From the IMG/VR virus record IMGVR_UViG_3300023116_000057, positions 1-56,841 of that record: 56,841 nucleotides of DNA; one strand, written 5' to 3'. The notes below the pieces were generated by a model that was given only the letters and a program-made list of their open reading frames with translations, had not been told where the DNA came from and searched no databases. Shown here piece after piece: positions 19,021 through 29,871 of this stretch. The DNA is from a virus (taxonomy: Duplodnaviria; Caudoviricetes). Each line of letters opens with the position of its first letter. Within the stretch, counting starts at the first letter, position 1. Made by a program: the position numbers and the translations under genes.

Positions 19021-20403
19021 ATGTTTTTTAAATCCAAAAAAGATTTTTCAACGCTGGGAACATCCTTTCAAGAAAAATTAGTTCACATCATAGCAAAAGA
19101 TAGAAGTTTTGCCGACCAAATACAAGAAGTGTTGGATTATGATTATTTTGACTTGAAGTATCTGAGAAAGTTTGTAAAAGAACTGTACGATTACCGTAAA
19201 GATAATGATTTTTATCCAACTGAAGACATGATTGATATAATTCTGAAAACAAAATATTCGATAGCAGATGCAAAACCATCGAGTGTTAATGTCCAAATTC
19301 ACAATTTTTACGAAAATATTGTAAAAAATAAAGAAATCAAAAAGGAAGAGGTAAAGTTTGTAAAAGAAAAGTCTTTGGATTTTTGTAAAAAACAAAACTT
19401 TAAAAAAGCCATCGTCCAGTCTGAAAAACTATTAAATAGAGGCAGCTTCGATGACGTTCAAAGACTTGTTAATGAAGCACTGAAGTTAGGTTCTGAAAAC
19501 AATTTTGGATACGACTATCAACTTGATTTTAACGCACGTTATGTAAAGAACCATAGAGCAACTGTTCCTACTCCTTGGAAGGAAATGAATGATGTCGTAG
19601 GTGGTGGTCACGGAAAGGGGGAACTTGGTGTAATTATCGCTCCTACTGGATGTGGTAAGTCGATGATTTGTTGTGCGTTGGGCGCACATGCTGTAAAGTC
19701 TGGCTATAATGTCGTTTACTACACTTTGGAACTACAAGACACAGTTATTGGACAACGTTTTGATTCTTGTATAACAGGAATTGACTTGAATGACCTATTC
19801 GACAACAAGCAACAAGTTTTTGACACAGTAAAGAATATGCCTGGGAAATTAATAATCAAAGAATACCCAGCAAAAAGAGCATCAGTTACAACTTTGGAGA
19901 GGCATCTTGAAAAACTCATAACAACAGGCTTTGAACCTGACGTTGTAATAGTAGACTATGGTGATTTACTTAAGCCTGTTGGATACAACAATGAACTTCG
20001 TATAAGTCTTGGGCAAATTTATGAAGAATTGAGGGGTCTCGCTAAACAATTTAATGTCGCAATTTGGTCTCCAACACAAACCAACAGAAAGGGCTACAAC
20101 AGTCCAGTTGTTACGATGGAAGACATCAGCGAGGCTTTTAATAAGTGTTTCACGGCAGATTTGATTTTTTCTTTTTCAAGGACTGCTGACGACAAAAGTC
20201 AGGGGGGAGGAAGGTTCTTCTTAGGCAAAAATAGAAACGGTAGAGATGGAATACTTTTCCCAGCAAGAGTCAGGCTCGACAATATCTATTTTGAAATACT
20301 ACCTGCAACTCAAGAAACAATTGAAGACTTTCTCAAGAACGAAAGTAAAAAAAATCTATCTAGTTTGCAATCAAAATTTGAAAAATTCAAAGAAAATATA
20401 TAA
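19021..20403 (+). CDS. DnaB-like (T4 gp41-like) replicative helicase
   Basis: APTGCGKS Walker A, YYTLE, IVDYGDLL, PTQTNR, KNRNG. Confidence 0.9.
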   Translation: MFFKSKKDFSTLGTSFQEKLVHIIAKDRSFADQIQEVLDYDYFDLKYLRKFVKELYDYRKDNDFYPTEDMIDIILKTKYSIADAKPSSVNVQIHNFYENIVKNKEIKKEEVKFVKEKSLDFCKKQNFKKAIVQSEKLLNRGSFDDVQRLVNEALKLGSENNFGYDYQLDFNARYVKNHRATVPTPWKEMNDVVGGGHGKGELGVIIAPTGCGKSMICCALGAHAVKSGYNVVYYTLELQDTVIGQRFDSCITGIDLNDLFDNKQQVFDTVKNMPGKLIIKEYPAKRASVTTLERHLEKLITTGFEPDVVIVDYGDLLKPVGYNNELRISLGQIYEELRGLAKQFNVAIWSPTQTNRKGYNSPVVTMEDISEAFNKCFTADLIFSFSRTADDKSQGGGRFFLGKNRNGRDGILFPARVRLDNIYFEILPATQETIEDFLKNESKKNLSSLQSKFEKFKENI

Positions 20404-20416
20404 AGAGGAAAAAGTA

Positions 20417-22861
20417 ATGAAGAGGTACAACAAGGAGCAAGTCTTAGAGGCATCTATTGAATATTTTAATGGAGATAAACTTGCTGCGAATGCATTTTTA
20501 AAATATGCATTGCGAAAAGTGAATGACAAAGGTGAAGATATTTTTTATGAATTGACGCCGGAAGACATGCATCGAAGAATGGCCTGGGAGTTCGCAAGAA
20601 TCGAAAACAAATATCCATCGGAGAGCAAACTCACAGAGGAAGAGATATTTGAATTGTTTGATGGGTTCAAAAAACACTGTCCACAAGGCTCTCCTATGAT
20701 GGGAATTGGAAACAATCACCAGATGTTGTCGTTGGGAAATTGTTTTGTTGTGGATGCTCCAAAAGATAACATGTCGGATATTGTTGAGACAGGTAAAAGA
20801 ACAGCAAACCTTTACAAGCGTAGAGCAGGAGTCGGGCTTTGTGTTTCGAATTTGAGGCCAGATGGGGCCAAGGTTGACAATGCTGCTTTAAAATCAAGTG
20901 GTGCTTGGAGTTTTTGTGACTTCTTTTCCTACATAACTGGATTGGTTGGACAAAACAATCGACGTGGAGCAGAAATGCTGACTATGTTTGTCAACCACCC
21001 AGACATTTTTAAGTTTGTCGAGATGAAAAGTGATTTGGGTAAAGTAACAAACGCCAATGTTTCTGTAAAAATAATGAATCATTTTATGGAAATGGTAGAA
21101 AAAGATGGACAATACCTGTTGCAGTGGCCAGTTGATGTTCCTCCCGAACAAGCACAATATAAAGAAACGATTAAAGCAAGAAAACTGTGGAAGCATATTG
21201 TAGATAAAGCAACCAAGTATGCAGAACCTGGATTGCTATTTTGGGACAAAATTTGCGATTACATGCCATCGCATTCCTACGGAAAAAAATATAAAAATTT
21301 CCTGACGCAGTGTGTCAATCCATGTGGCGAAATCGCTATGGGAACAGACTCTTGTCGCTTGTACTCTCAAAACTTGAAGCACTATGTTATTCATCCTTTT
21401 ACAAACAATGCGTTTTTTGATTTTGACCAGTTTAGACAAGATGTTCGTAAAGCAATGCGACTGTCTGACGACATGGTTGATTTGGAAATTGAAAAATTAA
21501 ATAAACTTATTGACAGTGCAGATACTGAAGATGAAAGGCAAATGTGGAGGGAGTATTGCGAGACTGCCATTCAAGGTAGACGAACAGGCTTGGGTACTCA
21601 TGGTTTGGCAGATGCACTAGCCAGAATGTGTTTGAGATATGATTCCGAAGAATCAATAAATTTAATTGAACAAATTTATTGTACAATGAAAGTGGAAGCG
21701 TACCGTGAGAGTATAAATCTTGCAAAGGAAAGAGGTTCTTTCCCTATTTTTGATTGGGAGATAGAAAAAGACAATGACTTCATTCAGTCTTTACCAGAAG
21801 ACATTAAAAAAGATATTGCCACTTATGGTCGCAGAAATATTTCAATTTTAACTAATGCACCAACAGGTACAGTCTCTTTGTTGTCACAAGTTTCCTCTGG
21901 AATAGAGCCAGTCTTTAGAAATTCATATGTTCGTCGTGTCAAATTCAATCCTCACGATTATGCTAATAGTGTAACGCCGGACTATACAGACGATAACGGT
22001 GTTTCTTACAAAGAATTTGTTGTTTTCCATCACAATGTGGAAGAGTACATGAAGACTTTTGGAACAAAAGAAATACCAGATTTTTTTGTAACCAGTGATA
22101 TTATCGATTGGGAAAAAAGAATCGATGTACAAGCAGCAATTCAAAGACACATGGACCACAGTATTAGTTCAACAATCAACCTTCCAGAAGGCACAAAAAA
22201 TAGTGTCGTTGCAAACCTTTACATGAGGGCTTGGAAGAAAGGACTGAAAGGTGTCACAGTTTATGTCGATGGTTCAAGAAGTGGAATTCTTGTAAACCAA
22301 TCTACAACCAGTGAAGATAGTTTTGATTATTGCGATGCTCACAAAAGACCAAAAATTTTAGATTGTGATATACATCACTCTCGTTCGGGATGGATTTTCT
22401 TTGTTGGTTTGATTGACGGAAAGCCTTATGAAATTTTTGGAGGTCCAAGAGAAGACGTTCCGGTAAGTTTTCATACGAGTAAAGGAAGAATAATGAAGCG
22501 TCCAAATGTTTCTTATCGTCAAACTTCTTCTTATGATTTGTTTTTTATGAGAGGCAAAAAAGAAGTAAAAATAAAAAATATTAATCAGGCGTTTAACAAC
22601 CATTCTTATGTAGATTATACACGTTTAGTTTCTTTATCTTTGCGACATGGAGCGAAGCCAGGATTCATTGCAGATAGTTTGTTGAAAAACAGAGAAAGCG
22701 AAATGTTTTCTTTCCAAAAATGTATTTCTAGAATATTGAGAAAATATGTTGAGAATGGCGAACGTTCTGGAATTATGTGCCAAGAATGCAACGAAAAAAC
22801 AATGGTTTATGAGGGTGGCTGTTCTGTTTGTATGAGTTGCGGAAATTCTCTCTGTGGATAA
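20417..22861 (+). CDS. nrdJ: class II (B12-dependent) ribonucleotide reductase
   Basis: SLGNCFV, RRGAEM, EPGLLFWD, NPCGEI, RRTGLG, APTGTVS, SISSTINLP, KGVTVYVDGSR, C-terminal CxxC..CxxC; no NrdB in window; start moved to ATG 20417. Confidence 0.88.
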   Translation: MKRYNKEQVLEASIEYFNGDKLAANAFLKYALRKVNDKGEDIFYELTPEDMHRRMAWEFARIENKYPSESKLTEEEIFELFDGFKKHCPQGSPMMGIGNNHQMLSLGNCFVVDAPKDNMSDIVETGKRTANLYKRRAGVGLCVSNLRPDGAKVDNAALKSSGAWSFCDFFSYITGLVGQNNRRGAEMLTMFVNHPDIFKFVEMKSDLGKVTNANVSVKIMNHFMEMVEKDGQYLLQWPVDVPPEQAQYKETIKARKLWKHIVDKATKYAEPGLLFWDKICDYMPSHSYGKKYKNFLTQCVNPCGEIAMGTDSCRLYSQNLKHYVIHPFTNNAFFDFDQFRQDVRKAMRLSDDMVDLEIEKLNKLIDSADTEDERQMWREYCETAIQGRRTGLGTHGLADALARMCLRYDSEESINLIEQIYCTMKVEAYRESINLAKERGSFPIFDWEIEKDNDFIQSLPEDIKKDIATYGRRNISILTNAPTGTVSLLSQVSSGIEPVFRNSYVRRVKFNPHDYANSVTPDYTDDNGVSYKEFVVFHHNVEEYMKTFGTKEIPDFFVTSDIIDWEKRIDVQAAIQRHMDHSISSTINLPEGTKNSVVANLYMRAWKKGLKGVTVYVDGSRSGILVNQSTTSEDSFDYCDAHKRPKILDCDIHHSRSGWIFFVGLIDGKPYEIFGGPREDVPVSFHTSKGRIMKRPNVSYRQTSSYDLFFMRGKKEVKIKNINQAFNNHSYVDYTRLVSLSLRHGAKPGFIADSLLKNRESEMFSFQKCISRILRKYVENGERSGIMCQECNEKTMVYEGGCSVCMSCGNSLCG

Positions 22862-23144
22862 TCAAGATAAACAAGCAGGAGTTCCAGTGGTGAACGTAGA
22901 AAACAATTTTTGTTGGTGCGAAACTTGTAATTGTTTTACAAGTCACGAAATATTTTATTTTAGGACGCCATTGGACTCCGATGCTTCTTGGGTTAATGAA
23001 ATTTATAAGTCTTGGACGTGCGAAATTTGCTGCAACAATAGAAAATATAAAATTGATTGTATTGAAAAAAATCAAATTGATTTACGTTACAACCCTTTTA
23101 ATATAAACGGGAAATTTATACAAAAAAAGAAGAGGTCAAAATGA
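22854..23144 (+). CDS. small Cys-rich (Zn-ribbon) protein
   Basis: CETC...CEIC. Confidence 0.55.
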   Translation: MDNQDKQAGVPVVNVENNFCWCETCNCFTSHEIFYFRTPLDSDASWVNEIYKSWTCEICCNNRKYKIDCIEKNQIDLRYNPFNINGKFIQKKKRSK

Positions 23145-23410
23145 AAACAAAAAAGTACAAGCCAGTTCAAAATTATATTTTTGTGGAATTGGTAGAAGAT
23201 GAAGAAAAAGAAAGTATTGTTCTTACAACAAATAATAAAAAAATCAAAGATTATCAAGAGTGTAAGATTTTCGATTTGAGTCAAAATGTTGCAAAGGACA
23301 CCAATTATAAACCAGGAGATTACATTTTGGTGCATGGGTTTTCAATAGAAACATACAAAGATGTAAATTTTGTTAGTAGTCACAACGTAATTGCTCACTA
23401 CGAGGTCTAA
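23141..23410 (+). CDS. GroES-like co-chaperonin
   Basis: 89 aa; KPVQNYIFVE, mobile-loop-like SIVL, KPGDYILV, NVIA pattern. Confidence 0.65.
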   Translation: MKTKKYKPVQNYIFVELVEDEEKESIVLTTNNKKIKDYQECKIFDLSQNVAKDTNYKPGDYILVHGFSIETYKDVNFVSSHNVIAHYEV

Positions 23411-23412
23411 AG

Positions 23413-24192
23413 ATGGAAGTAAAATTTAAGAATAATGTTGTTCTGTTGGGTACTTATGGTGGAGACAAAACTCATTCGATGTCTGCTTGGTGTTCGACAT
23501 TTAAGGAATTTGGAATAGAGATACCAGACGAAATAGATGATAGAATTGATATAATTTTTGACTATATGATGCATACAAAAAAGAAAACCCCAGCAGAATT
23601 GCTGGAAATGCTTGCATCATCTAACCACGGCACACCTTTTGAAAAGTCTTTTATTCATTTTCAGATCGAGACAGATATTGCTTCTCACATTCATCTTTTG
23701 AAACACAGAGTCGGAGTCTCCGTGAATGCTGAGAGCGCGAGGTACAAACGACTGAGTGAACCAAAAATGTATGTTCCGTTCGATTGGCCCAATGAAGAAA
23801 TCGAGAAACATATCGGATATTGCCAAACAGCAATTCGCGAGTATCACAGAAGAATACCAGTGTTAGTGAAGCACTACCAAGAAGCACCATACAATATGGA
23901 GCGCAGCAAGGCGATTAAAAGAGCAAAGGAGACTGCTCGTTTTTGTCTTCCATATTCCAATCAAATTGTTTGTGATGTTTCTTTCAATTGGCGTTCGTTT
24001 TATCATTTTCTTGGCTTGAGATATTCTAAGCATTCACAAACAGAGATACAGCGTATTGCTGAAGAATGTTTAAAGCAATTGTATTTTCATAAATATGATG
24101 AATTCAAACACACAATGAAAGCTTTTGATTTGCTAACAGAGAGTGGTGAATTGAGAAGTCCATTCGCTGAATATCTTATAAAAGCACAATGA
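23413..24192 (+). CDS. thyX: FAD-dependent thymidylate synthase
   Basis: HGTPFE, LKHRVGVSVNAESARY, ETARFCLP, NWRSFYHFLGLR, QTEIQ. Confidence 0.92.
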   Translation: MEVKFKNNVVLLGTYGGDKTHSMSAWCSTFKEFGIEIPDEIDDRIDIIFDYMMHTKKKTPAELLEMLASSNHGTPFEKSFIHFQIETDIASHIHLLKHRVGVSVNAESARYKRLSEPKMYVPFDWPNEEIEKHIGYCQTAIREYHRRIPVLVKHYQEAPYNMERSKAIKRAKETARFCLPYSNQIVCDVSFNWRSFYHFLGLRYSKHSQTEIQRIAEECLKQLYFHKYDEFKHTMKAFDLLTESGELRSPFAEYLIKAQ

Positions 24193-25037
24193 ATTTAAAA
24201 TATGAAAACTTAGTTTTGGGAAATTCCTTAGAATCCCTTATATACGCTGCAATAAACAATTATTTTGTAATTTATGTGAATTCTAGACGACCATTTTTCT
24301 ACGAAAGGTTTGATTCAAGCGATGACTTGTCGTGGTTTGGTATAAACAATATTTCGAAAGAAATGATAACTAACAAAAAAAAATATCATGCAGGACATAG
24401 CAAACAAATTTTTATGCACAAACTTTTGTTTGCTATGTCTTTGTCTGGTTTAGTTTTGAAAATCAAAAGTCAAGATTTTTTGAGTCAGAATGAAAAAAAT
24501 AATTTAATTTTGAGAGTAAAAAACAAAAACAAAGTACACTTTGTTTACGACAATATGTTTGTGTTCGATGATATTTTTATAAATCAATGCAGCACAGAGA
24601 GTGAAATCATAGAAGGTGTAAAAATTTATGACTTTTTAGAACTAAAAACTAGAGGGGGTGGACACAACTACGACTTGTTTCAATTTGATGATAATTTTGT
24701 GAAAAACGTTTGGTTTGGCAATTTTGACGTATATTATAAAAAAAACAAAGGAAGAAGGAAACACGCAATTGCGGTTTCTGAATTTCCAAAATATGACAAC
24801 AACTCAGATGATTATCACGAAGTTTATGTAAAAAATAAAATAGTAAAAGAATTTAAGACTTTAAAGTATCAAGAAAAGTATAATATTGAATATTATCCAA
24901 CAAGAAGACATTTAATCAAAAATAGAAAAGTACACTATGATTACGAAAACATGCACAAGGTTGATATGTGCATCCAAAGTTTGTTGAAACAAAGCCAGAA
25001 CAAACAAAAAAATAAAATAAATTTTTATATGGATTGA
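24189..25037 (+). CDS. hypothetical protein, degenerate Rossmann-like N-terminus
   Basis: ENLVLGNSLESLIYA resembles a dinucleotide-binding beta-alpha start lacking GxGxxG. Confidence 0.5.
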   Translation: MNLKYENLVLGNSLESLIYAAINNYFVIYVNSRRPFFYERFDSSDDLSWFGINNISKEMITNKKKYHAGHSKQIFMHKLLFAMSLSGLVLKIKSQDFLSQNEKNNLILRVKNKNKVHFVYDNMFVFDDIFINQCSTESEIIEGVKIYDFLELKTRGGGHNYDLFQFDDNFVKNVWFGNFDVYYKKNKGRRKHAIAVSEFPKYDNNSDDYHEVYVKNKIVKEFKTLKYQEKYNIEYYPTRRHLIKNRKVHYDYENMHKVDMCIQSLLKQSQNKQKNKINFYMD

Positions 25038-25044
25038 AAACATA

Positions 25045-25995
25045 ATGCATTATCTAGACGGACCACCCAGCAAATATAATATATATACTGCTGGCATCAT
25101 TCCTGCCTTTGATAACAAAAGCATCTCTCCTTTACTTAACCCTTGTGTTACTCTCCCCATTGCAGAAAACTTTACTCCTTTGCACAATAGTGTTTTAGAA
25201 TGTGCTATTGTTGGATGTAGCAATATTTGGATAGTGTGTCCAGGAGAACATGTTTATTTGTTCCGAAAAATAATTGGCGACCACATTCTTAATCCGAATT
25301 ATTCAATATCACAATCAAAAAATAGAGATTCAAATTCAATAAAGAAAGAAATTCCAATTTATTATGTGCCTATCAGACCACTTGACAGAGAAAGAAGAGA
25401 CTCTATACCTTGGACAATCATCCACGGCGCACGTTTAGCCCGATACACGTCGAAAAAACTGTCCAAATGGCTTGTACCTCACGTCTTTTATGTTTCTTTC
25501 CCTATGGGCTTGTATGACCCGTTTTTTTTGCTTTCACACAAGAAACATATAAATCAACATGCTGACAACAACCTCAGATTCTATGTTTCTTATGAAAATG
25601 AGACTGTAAGAGATGGAAAATACTTAGGTTTTAGTTTTTATACCTCAGATTTTTTTGATTTGAAAAAGAACATAGTTGACAAATCGACAAATATGTATTA
25701 CACTGACGCTGGACATACAACTAAGTTGTCTTTGGAAGACAGATATTCAGGGAAAAATCTTTCTTTGGAGGATGTTTTTGATTTTTTGCCCCTCGATAAT
25801 TCCGTTGTGGCAGAAACTAAAAATTATTGTTCTTTGAATTGTTGGCAATCATATCAAGAATATATGAAAAGTGACATGACGGAAATATTTTCTGAATATG
25901 GAAGATGGGCGAAGAAAGGAGAACTTCTTTCGAATTCGTTCTTTAAAAAAGAAAAAAAGGATTTCCAGATGAGACCTTTTGGGAGGAAAACATGA
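25045..25995 (+). CDS. divergent sugar-phosphate nucleotidyltransferase-like (GT-A fold) protein
   Basis: AGIIPA...LPIA...LHNSVLECAIVGCSNIWIV matches the N-terminal layout of NTP transferases. Confidence 0.55.
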   Translation: MHYLDGPPSKYNIYTAGIIPAFDNKSISPLLNPCVTLPIAENFTPLHNSVLECAIVGCSNIWIVCPGEHVYLFRKIIGDHILNPNYSISQSKNRDSNSIKKEIPIYYVPIRPLDRERRDSIPWTIIHGARLARYTSKKLSKWLVPHVFYVSFPMGLYDPFFLLSHKKHINQHADNNLRFYVSYENETVRDGKYLGFSFYTSDFFDLKKNIVDKSTNMYYTDAGHTTKLSLEDRYSGKNLSLEDVFDFLPLDNSVVAETKNYCSLNCWQSYQEYMKSDMTEIFSEYGRWAKKGELLSNSFFKKEKKDFQMRPFGRKT

Positions 25996-26192
25996 AATAC
26001 AAGAAAATAAAAACATTGCCTCAAAGGGGGGATATTAGTTTTATATCGGGAAGTAATATGATAATGCCGACTATAGAGTTAGGTTCTTTTGGATACATGT
26101 TCGTGAAAAATGGTAAAGTTATAATAAGGCGTTATACTAATTCCTACGAACCAGAGAAAGAACTTATGCTGTTCAGAAAAAACGACAGATGA
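25992..26192 (+). CDS. hypothetical protein
   Basis: 66 aa; GGAGG RBS, ATGA overlap. Confidence 0.55.
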   Translation: MKYKKIKTLPQRGDISFISGSNMIMPTIELGSFGYMFVKNGKVIIRRYTNSYEPEKELMLFRKNDR

Positions 26193-26220
26193 ATACAATA
26201 TATTAACTTGGAGAAGAATA

Positions 26221-29200
26221 ATGAAAAGAAAAACATCCCATTTGAAGTTTGTTGGCTTACATGCACACGATGGAATAGGTTCGCCTTTTGATGGGCTGGG
26301 TGAACCAAAAGAACATATGGAATATGCTTGGCAAAACGGAATGGACGCTTTGGCTCTAACAAATCACGGCACAATGACATCTTTCCCCTTTCAGTATTTC
26401 CACGCAAAACAAATGAATAAAGAAGGAAGATTCTTTAAGCCCATCTTTGGGATGGAGGCTTATTATATTGATTCAATCTCTGAATGGAGAAGAGATTTAG
26501 AAAAAGCGAAGGAAGACAAGAAAAGAAAAAAAGAATTAGAAAAAATACAAACAGGAATTGTCTTCGAGGAAGAAGACAGAGGTAAAACAGGACGTGTTAG
26601 AGGTAATTCACACTTCCTTCTGTTGGCTCAAAACAAAGTTGGTCTGTATAATTTATTTGAAATGGTTTCTGAGAGTAACAATCCTAAAAAAGATTATTTT
26701 TACAGAAAACCTAGAATTGATTTTGATTTGTTGAGAAAATATTCTGAGGGGATTATCTCTACGACAACTTGCATATCTGGTGTTTTCGCCAAAATTGTGT
26801 GGGAAAATCCAGAATTGAATCGATATGAACTTAAGGAACTTATGAGACCTTGGATTCACAAATTTTTAGAGATTTTTGGTACAGAGAGATATTTTGGAGA
26901 ATTGCAGTGGAACAATATTCCGCAACAACATGTGCTGAACCAGTGCATTATTGATATTTGCGAAGAAGAAGGTATGAAACTGATTAGTACTGTCGATTCT
27001 CACTATCCATCGCCTGAAAAGTGGGAAGCGAGAGAGTATTTGAAAAGGTTGGCTTGGTTATCTAGAGACAAAAAACCGGAGTGGATTACAAAAGACATCC
27101 CAAAGACAGTAAATGAGATTGGCTACGAACTATATCCAAAAAATGGAGACCAAATGTTTTCTGATTACAAGAAGTATGCAAACATTTGCGGTGTCCAATA
27201 TGACGACGATAAAATAAAAGAAAGTATTGAAAACACACATTGGATAGCGCACAATTTAATTGAAGATGTGGAGCCAAACACTAAAGTTTATTTGCCAGAT
27301 TTTGCATTAGAAACATCCAGTGAAGACAAAGAACTGAGAGATTTGTGCTTGAAATCTCTTGAAAAAATTAACAAAGATAATGACCAAATTTATTTGGATA
27401 GATTAGATGAGGAATTGAAAGTCATATCTGGAAGGAATTTTTCTAAATATTTTTTGCTAGTAAAGAAAATTGTAGAAAGAGCGAAGCAAGAAATGTTCGT
27501 TGGCACATTGCGTGGTTCTGTAGGTGGAGCATTGGTTGCCTATCTGTTGAATATTACTAAAATAGATCCGATAAAGTGGAATCTTTTGTTTTCTAGGTTT
27601 CTGCCTAGATATTCAACATCTTTCCCAGATATTGATTTAGATTTCAGTGACAACGATAGACTTAAGAAACTAATAATGTCAGAGTGGGGAGAAAACAATG
27701 TAGTTGCTATTTCAAACTACAACAAAATGAAAGTAAAATCTTTGCTGAAGGATGTTTGCAAATTCCATGAAATACCTTTTGTTGAGACAAATGCTGTAAC
27801 CAGAGTTATGGATGAAGAAGCAATTCCAAGAGCAAAAGAAAAAAATAATGTGGGTGCTGGAATGTACGTTCCAACATGGGATGAGTATGTTGAGTTTTCT
27901 CCGACACTAAGAAACTTTTTACAGACATACCCTTTTGTTGAAAAAATTGTACCTTCTTTGCTTGGGGAAGTTCGTTCTATTGGAACTCACGCAGCAGGTC
28001 TTGTGATTAGAGAAAATGTAAACAAGCACATGCCTTTGATTAGAAAAATTGATAAAAAAACCAAAAAGTCTTTTTGGCAGACTCCTTTTTCTGAAGGACA
28101 AGCAAACAGACACTTGGAGCCTTTGGGGTTTTTGAAGTTTGATATTTTAGGACTGGATGCTTTGGCGACAATGGAAGGGTGTATTCGGAGAATTTTGGTC
28201 AACAGGTGTGGCTATACAAACCCAACTTTCCAAGACGTTCAACGTTGGTACAATGAAAATTTAAGTCCAGACGTAATAGATTATAATGATTATAATGTTT
28301 ATGAAAATGTTTTTCATAAAGGGAAGTTTGTTGGAATATTTCAGTTTACAAACGCAGGAGCGCAAAAATTCTGTATGACAATCAAACCAACATCCATTAG
28401 TGACGGAGCAATTGTTACGTCAACATATCGTCCAGGTCCGATTGAAGGTGGTGTTTTGAAGAAATTAGAATTCAACAAGAACAATCCAGATGAAGTAATG
28501 TATGTCCACGCCATCGAGAAAGAAGTTTTAGAGGAAACGTATGGGTGTTTAATTTATCAAGAACAAGTTGCTCAATTGATGAGCAAATTCGGCAACGTAA
28601 GCCTTGACGAAGGAAATGAGTTTCGCTCTTTGTTAACGAAAAAAGGATTGTCTCAGGACAAGTTGGACAAACTTTCTTTCTACAAAGATAAATTTTTTGT
28701 TGGGGCGCAAGAGAAAGGTTTGTTCTACGAAGATGCAGAGAAGTTTTACAATGACATGGTGGCGTTTGCTCAGTACGGTTTTTGCAAATCACATGCGATT
28801 GGGTACTTCTTTATCTCTTATCAAAATGCCTTCTTGTCTCATTATTATGAGGAGGAGTGGTGTTGTTCGTTTTTAGACAATGAGCCGGAAAAAAATAAGG
28901 AAGAAGCTATTTCCAGTGTAAGGAGTTTAGGTTACAAACTTGTCTCTTCTTCTATAAACAATTCATGTGAAAATTGGAAAATAATGCCAAATAAGACGAT
29001 TTCTCAACCCCTTTCTTCTCTGAAAGGACTAGGAGGTGGGGCTATCGAAGAAATCGTCTTAAACGCTCCCTTTGGCTCGATAGATGAGTTGATTTTTGGA
29101 GACTCAATAGATAAAAGAAGGTTGAATAAAAAAGTCATATCAGCACTGGCACTTTCTGGTGCGCTAGACGAGTTGATTGATGACAGATTTGAAAACGACA

Positions 29201-29664
29201 AGCATTTTTATTTGTCTATTACTGAACCCAAACCTAAATCTTCTAAAGAATTAGAAAAAAACATTAATGAACATCGAGGATTGAAGCCTTTTACAAAGAA
29301 ACAAAAAATAGAAAACATTCTTGAAATTACGGGTCGCTACCCCTTTCATTTAGTAATAAATTCTGATACTTTGGAATCATTGGAAAAAGTAGATGTCCCA
29401 GCAATATCAAGGTTGAATAATCCAGATGGGGTAGTGTGGTTTATTGTAAAAAGTTTGAATAAAAAAAAGACAAAAAATGGGAAAGATTACTTCTTGTTGA
29501 ATGTTATTGACTCCTATGGTGTTTCGAATGTCATAAAATGCTGGGGTGTCTCCGATAGAGATACAGTAGAAATACACAGACCTATAATGTCGAAAGTTGA
29601 TTTTTCGGAAAAGTGGGGCTTTTCTATGAGAAATCTAAGACGTTCAATAAATTATCTTGACTAA
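26221..29664 (+). CDS. dnaE: DNA polymerase III alpha subunit (family C)
   Basis: PHP domain (LHAH..GS.FDG, ALALTNHG, DSHY), RGSVGG, FPDIDLDF, GTHAAG, KFDILGL, GIFQF, YGFCKSHA, C-terminal OB fold. Confidence 0.95.
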   Translation: MKRKTSHLKFVGLHAHDGIGSPFDGLGEPKEHMEYAWQNGMDALALTNHGTMTSFPFQYFHAKQMNKEGRFFKPIFGMEAYYIDSISEWRRDLEKAKEDKKRKKELEKIQTGIVFEEEDRGKTGRVRGNSHFLLLAQNKVGLYNLFEMVSESNNPKKDYFYRKPRIDFDLLRKYSEGIISTTTCISGVFAKIVWENPELNRYELKELMRPWIHKFLEIFGTERYFGELQWNNIPQQHVLNQCIIDICEEEGMKLISTVDSHYPSPEKWEAREYLKRLAWLSRDKKPEWITKDIPKTVNEIGYELYPKNGDQMFSDYKKYANICGVQYDDDKIKESIENTHWIAHNLIEDVEPNTKVYLPDFALETSSEDKELRDLCLKSLEKINKDNDQIYLDRLDEELKVISGRNFSKYFLLVKKIVERAKQEMFVGTLRGSVGGALVAYLLNITKIDPIKWNLLFSRFLPRYSTSFPDIDLDFSDNDRLKKLIMSEWGENNVVAISNYNKMKVKSLLKDVCKFHEIPFVETNAVTRVMDEEAIPRAKEKNNVGAGMYVPTWDEYVEFSPTLRNFLQTYPFVEKIVPSLLGEVRSIGTHAAGLVIRENVNKHMPLIRKIDKKTKKSFWQTPFSEGQANRHLEPLGFLKFDILGLDALATMEGCIRRILVNRCGYTNPTFQDVQRWYNENLSPDVIDYNDYNVYENVFHKGKFVGIFQFTNAGAQKFCMTIKPTSISDGAIVTSTYRPGPIEGGVLKKLEFNKNNPDEVMYVHAIEKEVLEETYGCLIYQEQVAQLMSKFGNVSLDEGNEFRSLLTKKGLSQDKLDKLSFYKDKFFVGAQEKGLFYEDAEKFYNDMVAFAQYGFCKSHAIGYFFISYQNAFLSHYYEEEWCCSFLDNEPEKNKEEAISSVRSLGYKLVSSSINNSCENWKIMPNKTISQPLSSLKGLGGGAIEEIVLNAPFGSIDELIFGDSIDKRRLNKKVISALALSGALDELIDDRFENDKHFYLSITEPKPKSSKELEKNINEHRGLKPFTKKQKIENILEITGRYPFHLVINSDTLESLEKVDVPAISRLNNPDGVVWFIVKSLNKKKTKNGKDYFLLNVIDSYGVSNVIKCWGVSDRDTVEIHRPIMSKVDFSEKWGFSMRNLRRSINYLD

Positions 29665-29685
29665 ATCACAAAGTATGGTTATAAT
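29657..29685 (+). promoter_or_regulatory. sigma70-type promoter
   Basis: TTGACT-17bp-TATAAT. Confidence 0.7.
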
Positions 29686-29871
29686 TGAAGAGAGTAAGAG
29701 ATGGTTTTAATGATTAGATTTTTATGTGTTACTGCAATATTTTTACTACTAATTATTTTTCTTCAAAAAGGAGTCGAGTTGCAGAATTTTATTTATCTTT
29801 TCTTGTCTGTCAATGTCTTGTTTTATACTAAATTCTTTAAAAATAAAGACTTTTGAAAGAAAGGTTGCAAA

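Noticed and set aside
20246-20416. Extended N-termini in the ORF track (also 47640, 48016, 48556, 54079, 55838)
   Set aside because: They overlap upstream genes or promoter/hairpin leaders; downstream starts have clear RBSs.
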